From: an uncultured bacterium
GTDB taxonomy: Bacteria; Bacteroidota; Bacteroidia; Bacteroidales; Bacteroidaceae
Reading direction: 5' to 3'
Length of the DNA stretch: 64,000 nucleotides
Assembly: GCA_945867195.1 (NCBI GenBank)
Contig: CAMBHR010000003.1
Coordinates: forward strand, 3,958 to 67,957
Shown here one piece after another: positions 31,042 through 39,853 of this stretch. The position numbers and the translations under genes are program-made. The notes beneath the pieces were generated by a model. The model was not told the origin of the DNA and did no database searches. It saw only the letters and a list, made by a program, of their open reading frames with translations. Each line of letters starts with the position of its first letter. Position 1 is the first letter of the stretch.

Positions 31042-32052
31042 ATGATAAACTACAAAGACTTAGGTTTGGTGAACACCCGCGAGATGTTCAAGCGTGCCAT
31101 TGACGGAGGTTATGCCATCCCCGCCTTCAACTTTAACAACATGGAGCAGCTTCAGGCTATCATCCAGGCTGCTTCCGAGAAGAAGAGTCCTGTGATTCTC
31201 CAGGTTTCCAAGGGTGCGCGTGCCTATGCCAACCAGACACTGCTTCGCTATATGGCCGAAGGTGCCGTTGAATACGCCAAGGAACTGGGTTGCAAGCACC
31301 CTGAAATCGTGCTGCACCTTGACCATGGTGATTCTTTTGAAACCTGCAAGAGCTGCATCGACATGGGCTTCAGCTCGGTGATGATTGACGGTTCCGGCCT
31401 TCCCTATGAAGAAAACGTGGCCCTGACCAAGAAGGTGGTTGATTATGCCCATCAGTTCGATGTAACGGTTGAAGGTGAGCTGGGCGTGCTGGCTGGTGTG
31501 GAAGATGAGGTTTCCCACGCTGAAAGCCACTATACCAAGCCCGAAGAAGTGGTTGACTTCGCTACCCGCACTGGTTGCGACAGCTTGGCTATTTCCATCG
31601 GTACCAGCCACGGTGCTTACAAGTTCACTCCCGAGCAGTGTACCCGCGACGAGAAAACCGGTCGTCTGGTTCCTCCTCCTCTCGCATTCGATGTGCTCGA
31701 CGCTGTAATGGAACAGCTTCCCGGATTCCCCATCGTGCTTCACGGCTCTTCCAGCGTGCCCCAGGAAGAAGTTGACACCATCAACAAATACGGTGGCAAG
31801 CTCCCCAACGCAGTAGGTATTCCTGAAGAACAGCTCCGCAAGGCTTCTGCCAGCGCAGTTTGCAAAATCAATATCGACTCCGACTCCCGTCTGGCCATGA
31901 CGGCTGCCGTACGTCAGGTGTTCGCCGAAAAACCGGGCGAATTTGACCCGCGCAAATATCTTGGCCCCGCTCGCGAGAACATGAAGAAACTCTACGAGCA
32001 CAAGATTGTGGAAGTTTTGGGTTCTGACAACAAGCTGGCTCAGCTCGACTAA
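31042..32052 (+). CDS. fba: Class II fructose-1,6-bisphosphate aldolase
   Basis: LHLDHG, SVMIDGS, VEGELG, IGTSHGAYK, VLHGSS, KINIDS. Confidence 0.96.
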   Translation: MINYKDLGLVNTREMFKRAIDGGYAIPAFNFNNMEQLQAIIQAASEKKSPVILQVSKGARAYANQTLLRYMAEGAVEYAKELGCKHPEIVLHLDHGDSFETCKSCIDMGFSSVMIDGSGLPYEENVALTKKVVDYAHQFDVTVEGELGVLAGVEDEVSHAESHYTKPEEVVDFATRTGCDSLAISIGTSHGAYKFTPEQCTRDEKTGRLVPPPLAFDVLDAVMEQLPGFPIVLHGSSSVPQEEVDTINKYGGKLPNAVGIPEEQLRKASASAVCKINIDSDSRLAMTAAVRQVFAEKPGEFDPRKYLGPARENMKKLYEHKIVEVLGSDNKLAQLD

Positions 32053-32344
32053 CAAGGATTTCCTTTTTTTCTTCCCCGGTAGCAACGGCCCGGAGCATTG
32101 ATGTGTCTGTCCGATGATTTGACCTATGCTGTTTCACCTTAGGGTGGGCGCGTGGGTTCGGACATATCCAAGATGTGGCACACGATGCCGCCCGGAAAAT
32201 GTGGCCGTGGAAGATGTATGCCAGAGGTTTCCAAGGAACAGCTATCCTTGGAAACCTCTGGGTTGTTTTCAGAAGGCCTTACAGTTAGGATGAGGTTTCC
32301 CTGTCGGCACACTGAAACGGACAGGACATTTCAGGCAATATAGA

Positions 32345-33154
32345 ATGGATAGAAATCAGGCAATGATGAAAGAGTACAGCGTATGTATGTCAGTGGCCGG
32401 TTCGGACCCTTCAGGAGGTGCGGGACTGCAGGCCGATCTGAAAACATTCACCCTGTTGGGCTGTTACGGACAAGCCGTGCCGACAGCACTGACAGTGCAA
32501 AACTCGCTGGGCGTGCGCGACAGTGTGCCCGTTGATGCAGCACTTGTATATCAGCAGATGGCCTGCGCGATGCAGGACCTGATGCCGCAAGCCGTAAAAA
32601 TCGGAATGTTGCCCAATGCCGATGTGGTCAAGGCCGTGGCCGAAGCCCTCAGGCAGTTCAGGCCGCATTTCATCGTGTTGGATCCGGTCATGATTTCTTC
32701 TTCCGGCAGGAGGCTTGTCGACGAACAGGCCGTTCGGACGATGGATGAAGAGCTGATGCCCCTTTGCACCTTGGTCACTCCGAATATTCCCGAAGCCGTA
32801 GTCCTGTCGGGATGTCTGGCCGCTTCTCCCGGCAAATGGGCTGAGATGCTGTCACGCAAGTGGGGTGGGGTGGCCGTACTTGTGAAGGGAGGCCATGCAG
32901 CCGGCCGTCCGGTAGATGTGCTCTTTGCTGATAGACATTATACCTTCGAGAGCGAAAGGGTGGACACACCTCATACCCATGGAACTGGATGCGTGCTATC
33001 GTCGGCCATAGCGGCACATAGTGCGCGGGGCTACGGACTTCCTGCGGCAGTGGAAGGGGCAAAGGCATTCCTCACCAATGCCTTGCGCCAAGGGGCAGGT
33101 TACCATGCCGGAGCAGGGCATGGAGCCATGTATCTGCTGCCTGCCGACTTGTAA
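32345..33154 (+). CDS. thiD: Hydroxymethylpyrimidine/phosphomethylpyrimidine kinase
   Basis: AGSDPSGGAGLQADLKT, LDPVM, TPNIPEA, KGGH, HTHGTGC. Confidence 0.93.
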   Translation: MDRNQAMMKEYSVCMSVAGSDPSGGAGLQADLKTFTLLGCYGQAVPTALTVQNSLGVRDSVPVDAALVYQQMACAMQDLMPQAVKIGMLPNADVVKAVAEALRQFRPHFIVLDPVMISSSGRRLVDEQAVRTMDEELMPLCTLVTPNIPEAVVLSGCLAASPGKWAEMLSRKWGGVAVLVKGGHAAGRPVDVLFADRHYTFESERVDTPHTHGTGCVLSSAIAAHSARGYGLPAAVEGAKAFLTNALRQGAGYHAGAGHGAMYLLPADL

Positions 33155-33234
33155 TCCGCAGTTTTCTTTTCCGTTCCTTTTTCCCTGAATGTTTGCCCAT
33201 TTTGCGTGGGACTATGCAAAACTTCGGGTTTTCT

Positions 33235-33265
33235 TTTGCTTTTCATCTCTGTTGCGCTACCTTTG
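33235..33265 (+). promoter_or_regulatory. sigmaA promoter for fabD
   Basis: TTTG (33235-33238), 19 nt, TACCTTTG (33258-33265). Confidence 0.7.
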
Positions 33266-33401
33266 CAAGGAATAAAGGCAGGTTCTCAGAATGTAGCCGG
33301 ACTGGGGGATATGTCTGCCGACAGTCCGGATTTCCGTTTCAGAGGGACAATCTGTCTGTCCGTTTCATCCTTATTAACATCAATAGAAATACAATAATTA
33401 T

Positions 33402-34304
33402 ATGAAGGCATTTGTTTTTCCCGGACAGGGCGCACAATTCGTAGGCATGGGTAAGGACTTGTATGAAAAGCATCCCATTGCCAAGCAATTTTTTGAAAAA
33501 GCCAATGACATTCTCGGTTTCCGCATTACCGACATCATGTTCAGCGGAACAGACGAGGAGCTGAAGCAAACCAAGGTCACGCAACCGGCCATGTTCTTGC
33601 ACAGTGTGGTCAGTGCGCTTTGTATGGGAGCCGATTTCCAGCCCGACATGGTGGCCGGTCACTCCTTGGGCGAGTTGTCCGCCCTGACAGCTTCGCGCTG
33701 TTTGAGTTTTGAAGACGGCCTGCGGCTTGTGGCCGCCCGTGCCATAGCCATGCAGCGTGCTTGTGAGGCGCAACCCGGCACGATGGCTGCCATCATCGCC
33801 TTGGCTGACGAAAAGGTGGAAGCAGTCTGCGCAGCCGTCCGTGAGGAAACCGGTCTGGTAGTCGTCCCGGCCAACTACAACTGTCCCGGACAGCTGGTCA
33901 TTTCCGGCCAGGCAGAGGCCATTGAAGTAGCTTGCCAGCGACTGAAGGAAGCCGGCGCCAAGCGCGCTTTGGTGCTGCCCGTGGGCGGCGCGTTCCACTC
34001 GCCGCTGATGCAGCCTGCACAGGAAGAACTGGAAAGGGCCATTGCCGTTACGGAATTCCATAAGCCCATCTGTCCTGTTTACCAAAACGTGGACGGCCTG
34101 CCGCACACCGACCCTGAGGAAATCAAGGCCAACCTGATTGCCCAGCTCACGGCTTCCGTTCTTTGGACCAAAGAGGTCAACAACATGGTGGCTGATGGAG
34201 CTACCGACTTCACCGAATGTGGTCCCGGCAAGACCCTGCAGGGTATGATTGTGAAAATCTGCAAGGGAAATGACCAAGTAAGGGCTCACGGAGTAAATGA
34301 TTGA
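33402..34304 (+). CDS. fabD: Malonyl-CoA-ACP transacylase
   Basis: FPGQGAQ, AGHSLGE, ANYNCPGQ, GAFHS. Confidence 0.96.
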   Translation: MKAFVFPGQGAQFVGMGKDLYEKHPIAKQFFEKANDILGFRITDIMFSGTDEELKQTKVTQPAMFLHSVVSALCMGADFQPDMVAGHSLGELSALTASRCLSFEDGLRLVAARAIAMQRACEAQPGTMAAIIALADEKVEAVCAAVREETGLVVVPANYNCPGQLVISGQAEAIEVACQRLKEAGAKRALVLPVGGAFHSPLMQPAQEELERAIAVTEFHKPICPVYQNVDGLPHTDPEEIKANLIAQLTASVLWTKEVNNMVADGATDFTECGPGKTLQGMIVKICKGNDQVRAHGVND

Positions 34305-34516
34305 TTGCGCACTGCGTGAATGTGGCGGGAGCTGAGACTTCCCGCTTCCCTCAAACGAGTTGGTGCAGGGCATGGAATGATACGCTGGGTTCCGGCATAA
34401 GGATACAGTGCATCATTGTCTGCCGACCAACTCGTTTCCCCGTTATAGTAACCCTGTAAGTCTCTCTGTTCCCTTGGCGGAACACAGCAGCAGACATTGC
34501 ATCACAAAAACTACTT

Positions 34517-36190
34517 ATGAAACCGCTGATATATCAAATATTCACACGTCTTTACACCAACAAAACCACCAACAATGTGCCTGCAGGCACTTTGGAACAG
34601 AATGGCTGTGCCAAAATGAACGACTTTACTGCGGCACAGTTGAAGCGCATCGCCGATTTCGGCTTCACTCATGTGTGGTTTACAGGACTTATAGAACATG
34701 CCACGCAAACGAACTATGAGGCATACGGCATACAGCCCGACCATCCGGCTGTGGTGAAAGGGCGTGCCGGCTCACCGTATGCCATCAAGGACTACTACGA
34801 TATTGATCCGGACCTGGCTGTGAATGTGCCCGGCAGAATGAAGGAGTTCGAGAACCTGGTGAAGCGCACGCACAAGGCCGGACTGAAAATGGTCATCGAC
34901 TTTGTGCCGAACCACGTGGCACGTCAATACAAAAGCGATGCGTGCCCCAAGGGGGTGAGAGACCTCGGGGCCGACGATGACGTGAACAAGGCATTCGACC
35001 CTAACAACAACTTCTATTATATTGTAGACCAAAACCTCCATACCGGTTTCGACACAGAGCATCGTTCCGGCACACCTTATGAAGAGTTTCCTGCCAAGGT
35101 TACCGGAAATGACCACTTCGACGCGTGGCCTTCGCGAAACGATTGGTACGAAACGGTGAAGCTGAACTATGGGGTCGACTACATCGGTGGCCGTCAGACC
35201 CACTTCTCTCCCATACCTTCCACCTGGCTGAAAATGACAGACATCCTCCTCTTTTGGGCCAAGAAAGGGGTTGATGCCTTCCGTTGCGACATGGCCGAAA
35301 TGGTACCGGCGGAGTTCTGGGCTTATGCCACAGCCAAGGTAAAGGAAAAATATCCCGAAATCCTTTTCATTGCCGAGGTCTATAATCCTTCGGAATACCG
35401 TCACTACATTGCCAGCGGTTTCGACTATTTGTACGATAAGGTAGGGCTTTATGACACCCTTCGCGGCATCGTGGCAGGCGGTTGGTCGGCCAGCTGCATC
35501 ACCGGCTGTTGGCAAGCCATCGACGACATACGTCCGAAGATGCTCAACTTCCTCGAAAACCATGATGAACAACGCATTGCTTCAGCTTTCTTTGCCGGGG
35601 ATGCCCGAAAAGCCTTACCCGCCCTCGTCGTGAGTGCCATGATGGGAACCAGTGCCTTTATGGTCTACGCAGGACAGGAAATCGGCGAGCCCGCCATGGA
35701 GGCCGAAGGGTTCAGCGGCAGTGACGGACGGACCACCATCTTCGACTATTGGTCTGTGGCTTCGTTGCGCAAACTGACGGCCAGAAGGCCAGAGGCGCAG
35801 TTCACGCAGCAGGAAAAGGAACTCTATGATTTCTACAAGCGTGTGGTGCAGTTGTGTCGTTCGGAGCGTGCTTTGTCAGATGGCAGTTTCTATGATTTGC
35901 AGTATGCCAACTATTCCCACACCAATGGGTATAATTGTGACAGGCAGTATGCCTTTATCCGTCAGTCATCAGGAGGTCAGACCTTGTTGGTGGTGGTAAA
36001 TTTCGATGCCGTGAAAATCCACGCCGGGGTTTGCATCCCTCAGCACGCTTTTGATTTCCTGAATCTGCGCAGGGGTTTCCGTGAAGCCCGTTGCTTGCTG
36101 ACCGGCCACAATCAGCCTTTAGATGTGAAGCCCGATGTACCGGTTTATGTGGACGTGCCCGCTTATGGAGCTGTCGTGTTGGAGCTCTGA
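34517..36190 (+). CDS. GH13 alpha-amylase family glycosidase, no signal peptide
   Basis: GSPYA, DFVPNH, FRCDMAE (nucleophile), IAEVY (acid/base), LENHDE. Confidence 0.9.
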   Translation: MKPLIYQIFTRLYTNKTTNNVPAGTLEQNGCAKMNDFTAAQLKRIADFGFTHVWFTGLIEHATQTNYEAYGIQPDHPAVVKGRAGSPYAIKDYYDIDPDLAVNVPGRMKEFENLVKRTHKAGLKMVIDFVPNHVARQYKSDACPKGVRDLGADDDVNKAFDPNNNFYYIVDQNLHTGFDTEHRSGTPYEEFPAKVTGNDHFDAWPSRNDWYETVKLNYGVDYIGGRQTHFSPIPSTWLKMTDILLFWAKKGVDAFRCDMAEMVPAEFWAYATAKVKEKYPEILFIAEVYNPSEYRHYIASGFDYLYDKVGLYDTLRGIVAGGWSASCITGCWQAIDDIRPKMLNFLENHDEQRIASAFFAGDARKALPALVVSAMMGTSAFMVYAGQEIGEPAMEAEGFSGSDGRTTIFDYWSVASLRKLTARRPEAQFTQQEKELYDFYKRVVQLCRSERALSDGSFYDLQYANYSHTNGYNCDRQYAFIRQSSGGQTLLVVVNFDAVKIHAGVCIPQHAFDFLNLRRGFREARCLLTGHNQPLDVKPDVPVYVDVPAYGAVVLEL

Positions 36191-36234
36191 GGCTTTAGCG
36201 TCAGTTCCGTTTCTGTTAGTACGAGTTCAAAATT

Positions 36235-36277
36235 GGCTTGCATCATCTGCACCCTCTTGGTGTAGATGATGTAAGCC
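36235..36277 (+). terminator. Hairpin after the GH13 gene
   Basis: ggcttgcatcatctgcacc-ctctt-ggtgtagatgatgtaagcc, 19-bp stem with G-U pairs. Confidence 0.55.
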
Positions 36278-36327
36278 GGTATTTGGCCAATCAAATTCAC
36301 TGCTGTTTTACTGTTACTTCATAACCG

Positions 36328-36777
36328 ATGAAAGAAACTTCTGCCGAAAAGCATACGGTGGGAACGCCGGTAAAAACGTACCGCCTCCCAGTCAAAAGAT
36401 TTTGCCAAACGCTCGACTTGCGCGATAATCCGGATTTGATAGCCACCTACCGCCGGCTGCACAGCCGGGAAGGCATCTGGCCCGAGATTTTGCAAGGCAT
36501 CCGTGAAGTGGGTATATTAGAAATGGAAATATACCTGCTGGGTACGCGGCTGTTTATGATTGTGGAGATGCCGCAGGAACTGGAGTGGGACGAGGTGATG
36601 TCACGTTTGGCCACATTGCCTAAGCAGGCCGAATGGGAAGCATTGACAGCACAGTACCAGCAGGCAGAGGCAACGGCCACATCGGACGCGAAATGGAAAA
36701 TGATGGAGCGCATTTTCCACCTCTACGAGCATGAAGCCGATAATTCCGAGTACATTTCCGAAGACATTTGTCATTAA
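36328..36777 (+). CDS. L-rhamnose mutarotase family protein
   Basis: RFCQTLDL, YRRLH, IWPEI, EMEIYL motifs. Confidence 0.8.
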   Translation: MKETSAEKHTVGTPVKTYRLPVKRFCQTLDLRDNPDLIATYRRLHSREGIWPEILQGIREVGILEMEIYLLGTRLFMIVEMPQELEWDEVMSRLATLPKQAEWEALTAQYQQAEATATSDAKWKMMERIFHLYEHEADNSEYISEDICH

Positions 36778-37098
36778 AAACTTGAAAAAAACCGGCACTT
36801 CCCTTGCCGTTTCCCTGTGCTTGTACTACTTTTGCCGACATGGTTGCCGGCGAACACGCATTCATTCGCCCCAACAGCCCTGACAGACAGAATGCCACGT
36901 TTCACCTCCTAACCCCTATTCCGCGCCTATTCCGCCGCAGCACCCTTCCGCCAGCGGCCCGGATTGCCACCTACGAAACAGACAGGATCCGATGAACGCA
37001 TTGCCTCCGCGTGCCACCATGAAGGGCAGCGGTCAGGCCATTTAGAGATGTAACAACGAGGCACACAGCCTCCCTTTTTTATTCCGCGTGCGTTCCGT

Positions 37099-37106
37099 TA
37101 CCTTTG
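37099..37106 (+). promoter_or_regulatory. -7 box for the bspA-peptide transcript
   Basis: TACCTTTG about 220 nt upstream of the ATG. Confidence 0.5.
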
Positions 37107-37143
37107 ACTTGATTTAGAACACATACATATATTACTGAGCTTT

Positions 37144-37290
37144 TTGCTCTTGTTTTCTTTCTATCCGAATACCGCCAATATTCAACAACTGGGAACAAGC
37201 AGTATGAAGGTTCACGCCTTTAGGCGTGAGCCGTTCTGTGCTTGTTAGTTGTGAGGCCACTTGGCGGTAGCCCGATAGAAAGGCAAGCAA
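37144..37290 (+). promoter_or_regulatory. Long hairpin in the bspA 5' leader (candidate structured RNA)
   Basis: Nested stems ctttctatc/gatagaaag, taccgccaa/ttggcggta, acaact/agttgt, aacaagca/tgcttgtt, ggttcacgcc/ggcgtgagcc. Confidence 0.6.
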
Positions 37291-37323
37291 TGGAATGGTG
37301 TACGCCTTTTTTTATCCTTTTTC

Positions 37324-38994
37324 ATGAAAAAAATATTTTCACTCCTCACCCTTTTCCTCTGCTTCAACGCGGTGTGGGCACAAAAAACGATGTACACGGT
37401 GTTCAACACCAAGACCGGTACGCTGACGTTCAAGTATGATGAAAACAAGCCGAAGAGTACAGCAAGCCAGCTGGTGTATGATGTTCCTACGTCTTTTTAT
37501 TCCGGACCCAAGTGGTATTCCCACAGGTCAAACATTAAGAAAGTTGTAATTGACACATCGTTCGCTGAAGCACGACCAATTACATGCTTTGAGTGGTTCT
37601 ATAATTGTAGTGCATTGACAGAGATCCAAGGTATGGAGAACCTCAATACTTCTGAGGTAACGGATATGATCGAAATGTTCTATGGTTGCTCCAGCCTCAC
37701 TTCTCTTGACCTCTCAAACTTCAATACCGCCAAGTTGCAATATATGTACTCTATGTTCTATGGTTGCTCAGGCCTCACCTCTCTCAATCTGTCAAGTTTC
37801 AATACAAGTAATGTGATATATATGCACGCTATGTTCTCTGATTGCTCAGGCCTCACCTCTCTTGACCTGTCAAACTTCAACACCGCCAAGGTGACGAATA
37901 TGAGTTATATGTTCAATTCTTGTTCAGACCTCGTTACCATATATGCTTCTGACTTGTTCACAACAGAGAGCGTCACTAATTCATCTGGTATGTTTTCCGA
38001 CTGTACCTCTCTTGTAGGAGCCATTTCGTATGACCCCTACAAAGCAGATGCCACCTATGCCAACTACACTACCGGCTATTTCACGTTGAAGGGCAATGTA
38101 ACCACGGAGCATGACTTCACGGGTGAAACCTTATTCAACAACGACAAAAAGATTTACTATAAGGTTTGTCAGGAAGAAGGGTGCCGACAAATAAAATATT
38201 TTGCAGATGCGGCAGGAACTGTCGAAGCTATTCCCAATGAGGATGAAACGGCTTTCAGCGTGGCAACTTACGAATTGCTGGATGCCACAACGTACGACAA
38301 CCAAGCGGTGTTCACCGTGGCTGACTTCACCTACAGCCGCTCGTTTGGCGGGGCAGAATGGACTACGTGGTACGTACCTTTCGACTTGACGCTGACCTCC
38401 GAGCTTTGTGACAAATATGCCTTCTCACGCATCAACAACGTGCATCAGTATGACTTGGACAACAACGGCAGGGCAGAAAAGACCGTGGTGGAGAGCTTCC
38501 GCCAGCAGCCCGGCGTGACGTTGAAGGCCAACTATCCTTACTTGGTGAAGCCGCTCAGCAGTGACTACTGTGACATGGTGCTGCAATTGTCAGATATCAC
38601 TCCCGCACCGGCAGTGACGAACAGCATCGATTGCCAGAGCGTGGACTTCACCTACACCTTCACGGGTACTTACAATGAAATGGGCGAGAGCGGCGCAACG
38701 CTGTACGACCCGTACACGCTGTGGACCAACGGCACATGGCAGCACTTCTACAGCCTGGAATCTATGCGCCACTACCTGACCATCGCACCGCGTCATTCGG
38801 CATCGCCTGCAGCTTCCATCAGCAGCATCGTGCTCTCCGTCATCGGCGAGGAGAACGTGACGGGCATCGTGAACGTCTATGGCGAGGAGCGCAAGGCGAC
38901 GGAGACCTACGACCTGAGCGGCCGCCGTCTGCCGGCAGGAAGTCAGCAAAAGGGACTGGTCATCCGGAACGGAAAAGTGGTTTACAACAAATAA
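37324..38994 (+). CDS. BspA/DUF285-like leucine-rich-repeat surface protein with signal peptide and Prevotella-type T9SS C-terminal domain
   Basis: 26-aa repeats MFxxCSxLTSLDLSNFNTxxV; C-terminus TGI...YDLSGRRL...KGLVIRNGKVV. Confidence 0.85.
   Translation: MKKIFSLLTLFLCFNAVWAQKTMYTVFNTKTGTLTFKYDENKPKSTASQLVYDVPTSFYSGPKWYSHRSNIKKVVIDTSFAEARPITCFEWFYNCSALTEIQGMENLNTSEVTDMIEMFYGCSSLTSLDLSNFNTAKLQYMYSMFYGCSGLTSLNLSSFNTSNVIYMHAMFSDCSGLTSLDLSNFNTAKVTNMSYMFNSCSDLVTIYASDLFTTESVTNSSGMFSDCTSLVGAISYDPYKADATYANYTTGYFTLKGNVTTEHDFTGETLFNNDKKIYYKVCQEEGCRQIKYFADAAGTVEAIPNEDETAFSVATYELLDATTYDNQAVFTVADFTYSRSFGGAEWTTWYVPFDLTLTSELCDKYAFSRINNVHQYDLDNNGRAEKTVVESFRQQPGVTLKANYPYLVKPLSSDYCDMVLQLSDITPAPAVTNSIDCQSVDFTYTFTGTYNEMGESGATLYDPYTLWTNGTWQHFYSLESMRHYLTIAPRHSASPAASISSIVLSVIGEENVTGIVNVYGEERKATETYDLSGRRLPAGSQQKGLVIRNGKVVYNK
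37600..37940 (+). repeat. Intragenic 78-bp coding tandem repeats
   Basis: Units begin at 37678, 37756, 37834 and 37912 (period 78 bp = 26 aa). Confidence 0.85.
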
Positions 38995-39007
38995 ATAATA
39001 GATGATT

Positions 39008-39181
39008 ATGAAGAAACAATATATCAAGCCCGAGATAGCGTCATATGGTGTGCAGCTTGCACAGCTGCTGTGTCTGTCAGGAGTGGACGAAACGGAAGTG
39101 AATTTCGGTGAAGGCTATCCTACCAGAGCCAGAAAGAGTTTTTTTGACAGTATGACAGAAAGCTATCCTGACGAAGAATGA
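39008..39181 (+). CDS. 57-aa acidic peptide with MKKxYxxP...LLCxS N-terminus (not in ORF track)
   Basis: Hand translation MKKQYIKPEIASYGVQLAQLLCLSGVDETEVNFGEGYPTRARKSFFDSMTESYPDEE; starts 13 nt after the bspA stop. Confidence 0.75.
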   Translation: MKKQYIKPEIASYGVQLAQLLCLSGVDETEVNFGEGYPTRARKSFFDSMTESYPDEE

Positions 39182-39223
39182 TGGCTTAACCATCTATCTT
39201 CCCCCGTCCTTCATGGGAACGAC

Positions 39224-39261
39224 AAGGGTCTATGCGCCACGATGGTGGTGTATAGACCCTT
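39224..39261 (+). terminator. Hairpin ending the bspA-peptide unit
   Basis: aagggtctatgcgccac-gatg-gtggtgtatagaccctt, 17-bp stem; weak U tail. Confidence 0.55.
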
Positions 39262-39340
39262 TGCTGTATGGTCAGATTTTCTTGAACTTTACCTGACAAA
39301 ATGAGCATACGGTTTTATTGCTGTCCGCTAATAGTACTTC

Positions 39341-39580
39341 TCTATACGCTTTTTATTCCTCAAAAAAGTATTCACTCTTTCACATGAAGTTTGTTTCTGT
39401 CTGATTCTCAATGGTTTTGGTGTGAAGGCTTACTCGTTCCGCCCTTTACAAGCGTTCACCGTCCGTGTGAATGTTTTGAAATTCAATCCTTCACACTAAA
39501 ACCGTTGAAAATCAGAGGGAAACAAGCTCTGTGTGAAGGTGTGAATGTTTTTTCGGGGGAAAAATTACGTATATATATAC
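39341..39580. repeat. Palindromic intergenic element B (two inverted ~90-bp modules)
   Basis: Arm 1 39341-39428(+), arm 2 39488-39580(-); inner 28-bp ctgattctcaatggttttggtgtgaagg / ccttcacactaaaaccgttgaaaatcag with 3 differences. Confidence 0.75.
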
Positions 39581-39676
39581 GCGCGCGAAAGGAGTATCTG
39601 CCCAACAGACAGCGGTTTTCGCAGCGTGAACGGTCCGCTTCGGCTGCCCAGCCGGACAAGGCGTGGAGTAACACTT

Positions 39677-39760
39677 CACAAGTCCGGGACTTGTCCGCAC
39701 AACTCGGGGAGTAGGAAAAACAAGTCCAGGACTTGTGAAAACAAATCCCGGACTTGGTTA
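39677..39760. repeat. Four 21-bp tandem units with palindromic ACAAGTCC-N-GGACTTGT core
   Basis: Units at 39677, 39698, 39719 and 39740. Confidence 0.85.
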
Positions 39761-39853
39761 GAATGGCATTTCGTAACCTCAACACCTTATAAGTAGGTGA
39801 TAGCCATAAATTCTGTTATTGTAGACTTGGCTCTTCTGAAAGGGTCAATGGTT

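Noticed and set aside
32060-32345. TPP riboswitch before thiD
   Set aside because: The conserved TPP aptamer core is not visible
36804-36995. Short ORF between the mutarotase and bspA
   Set aside because: No motif, a non-consensus -7 box and no supporting context
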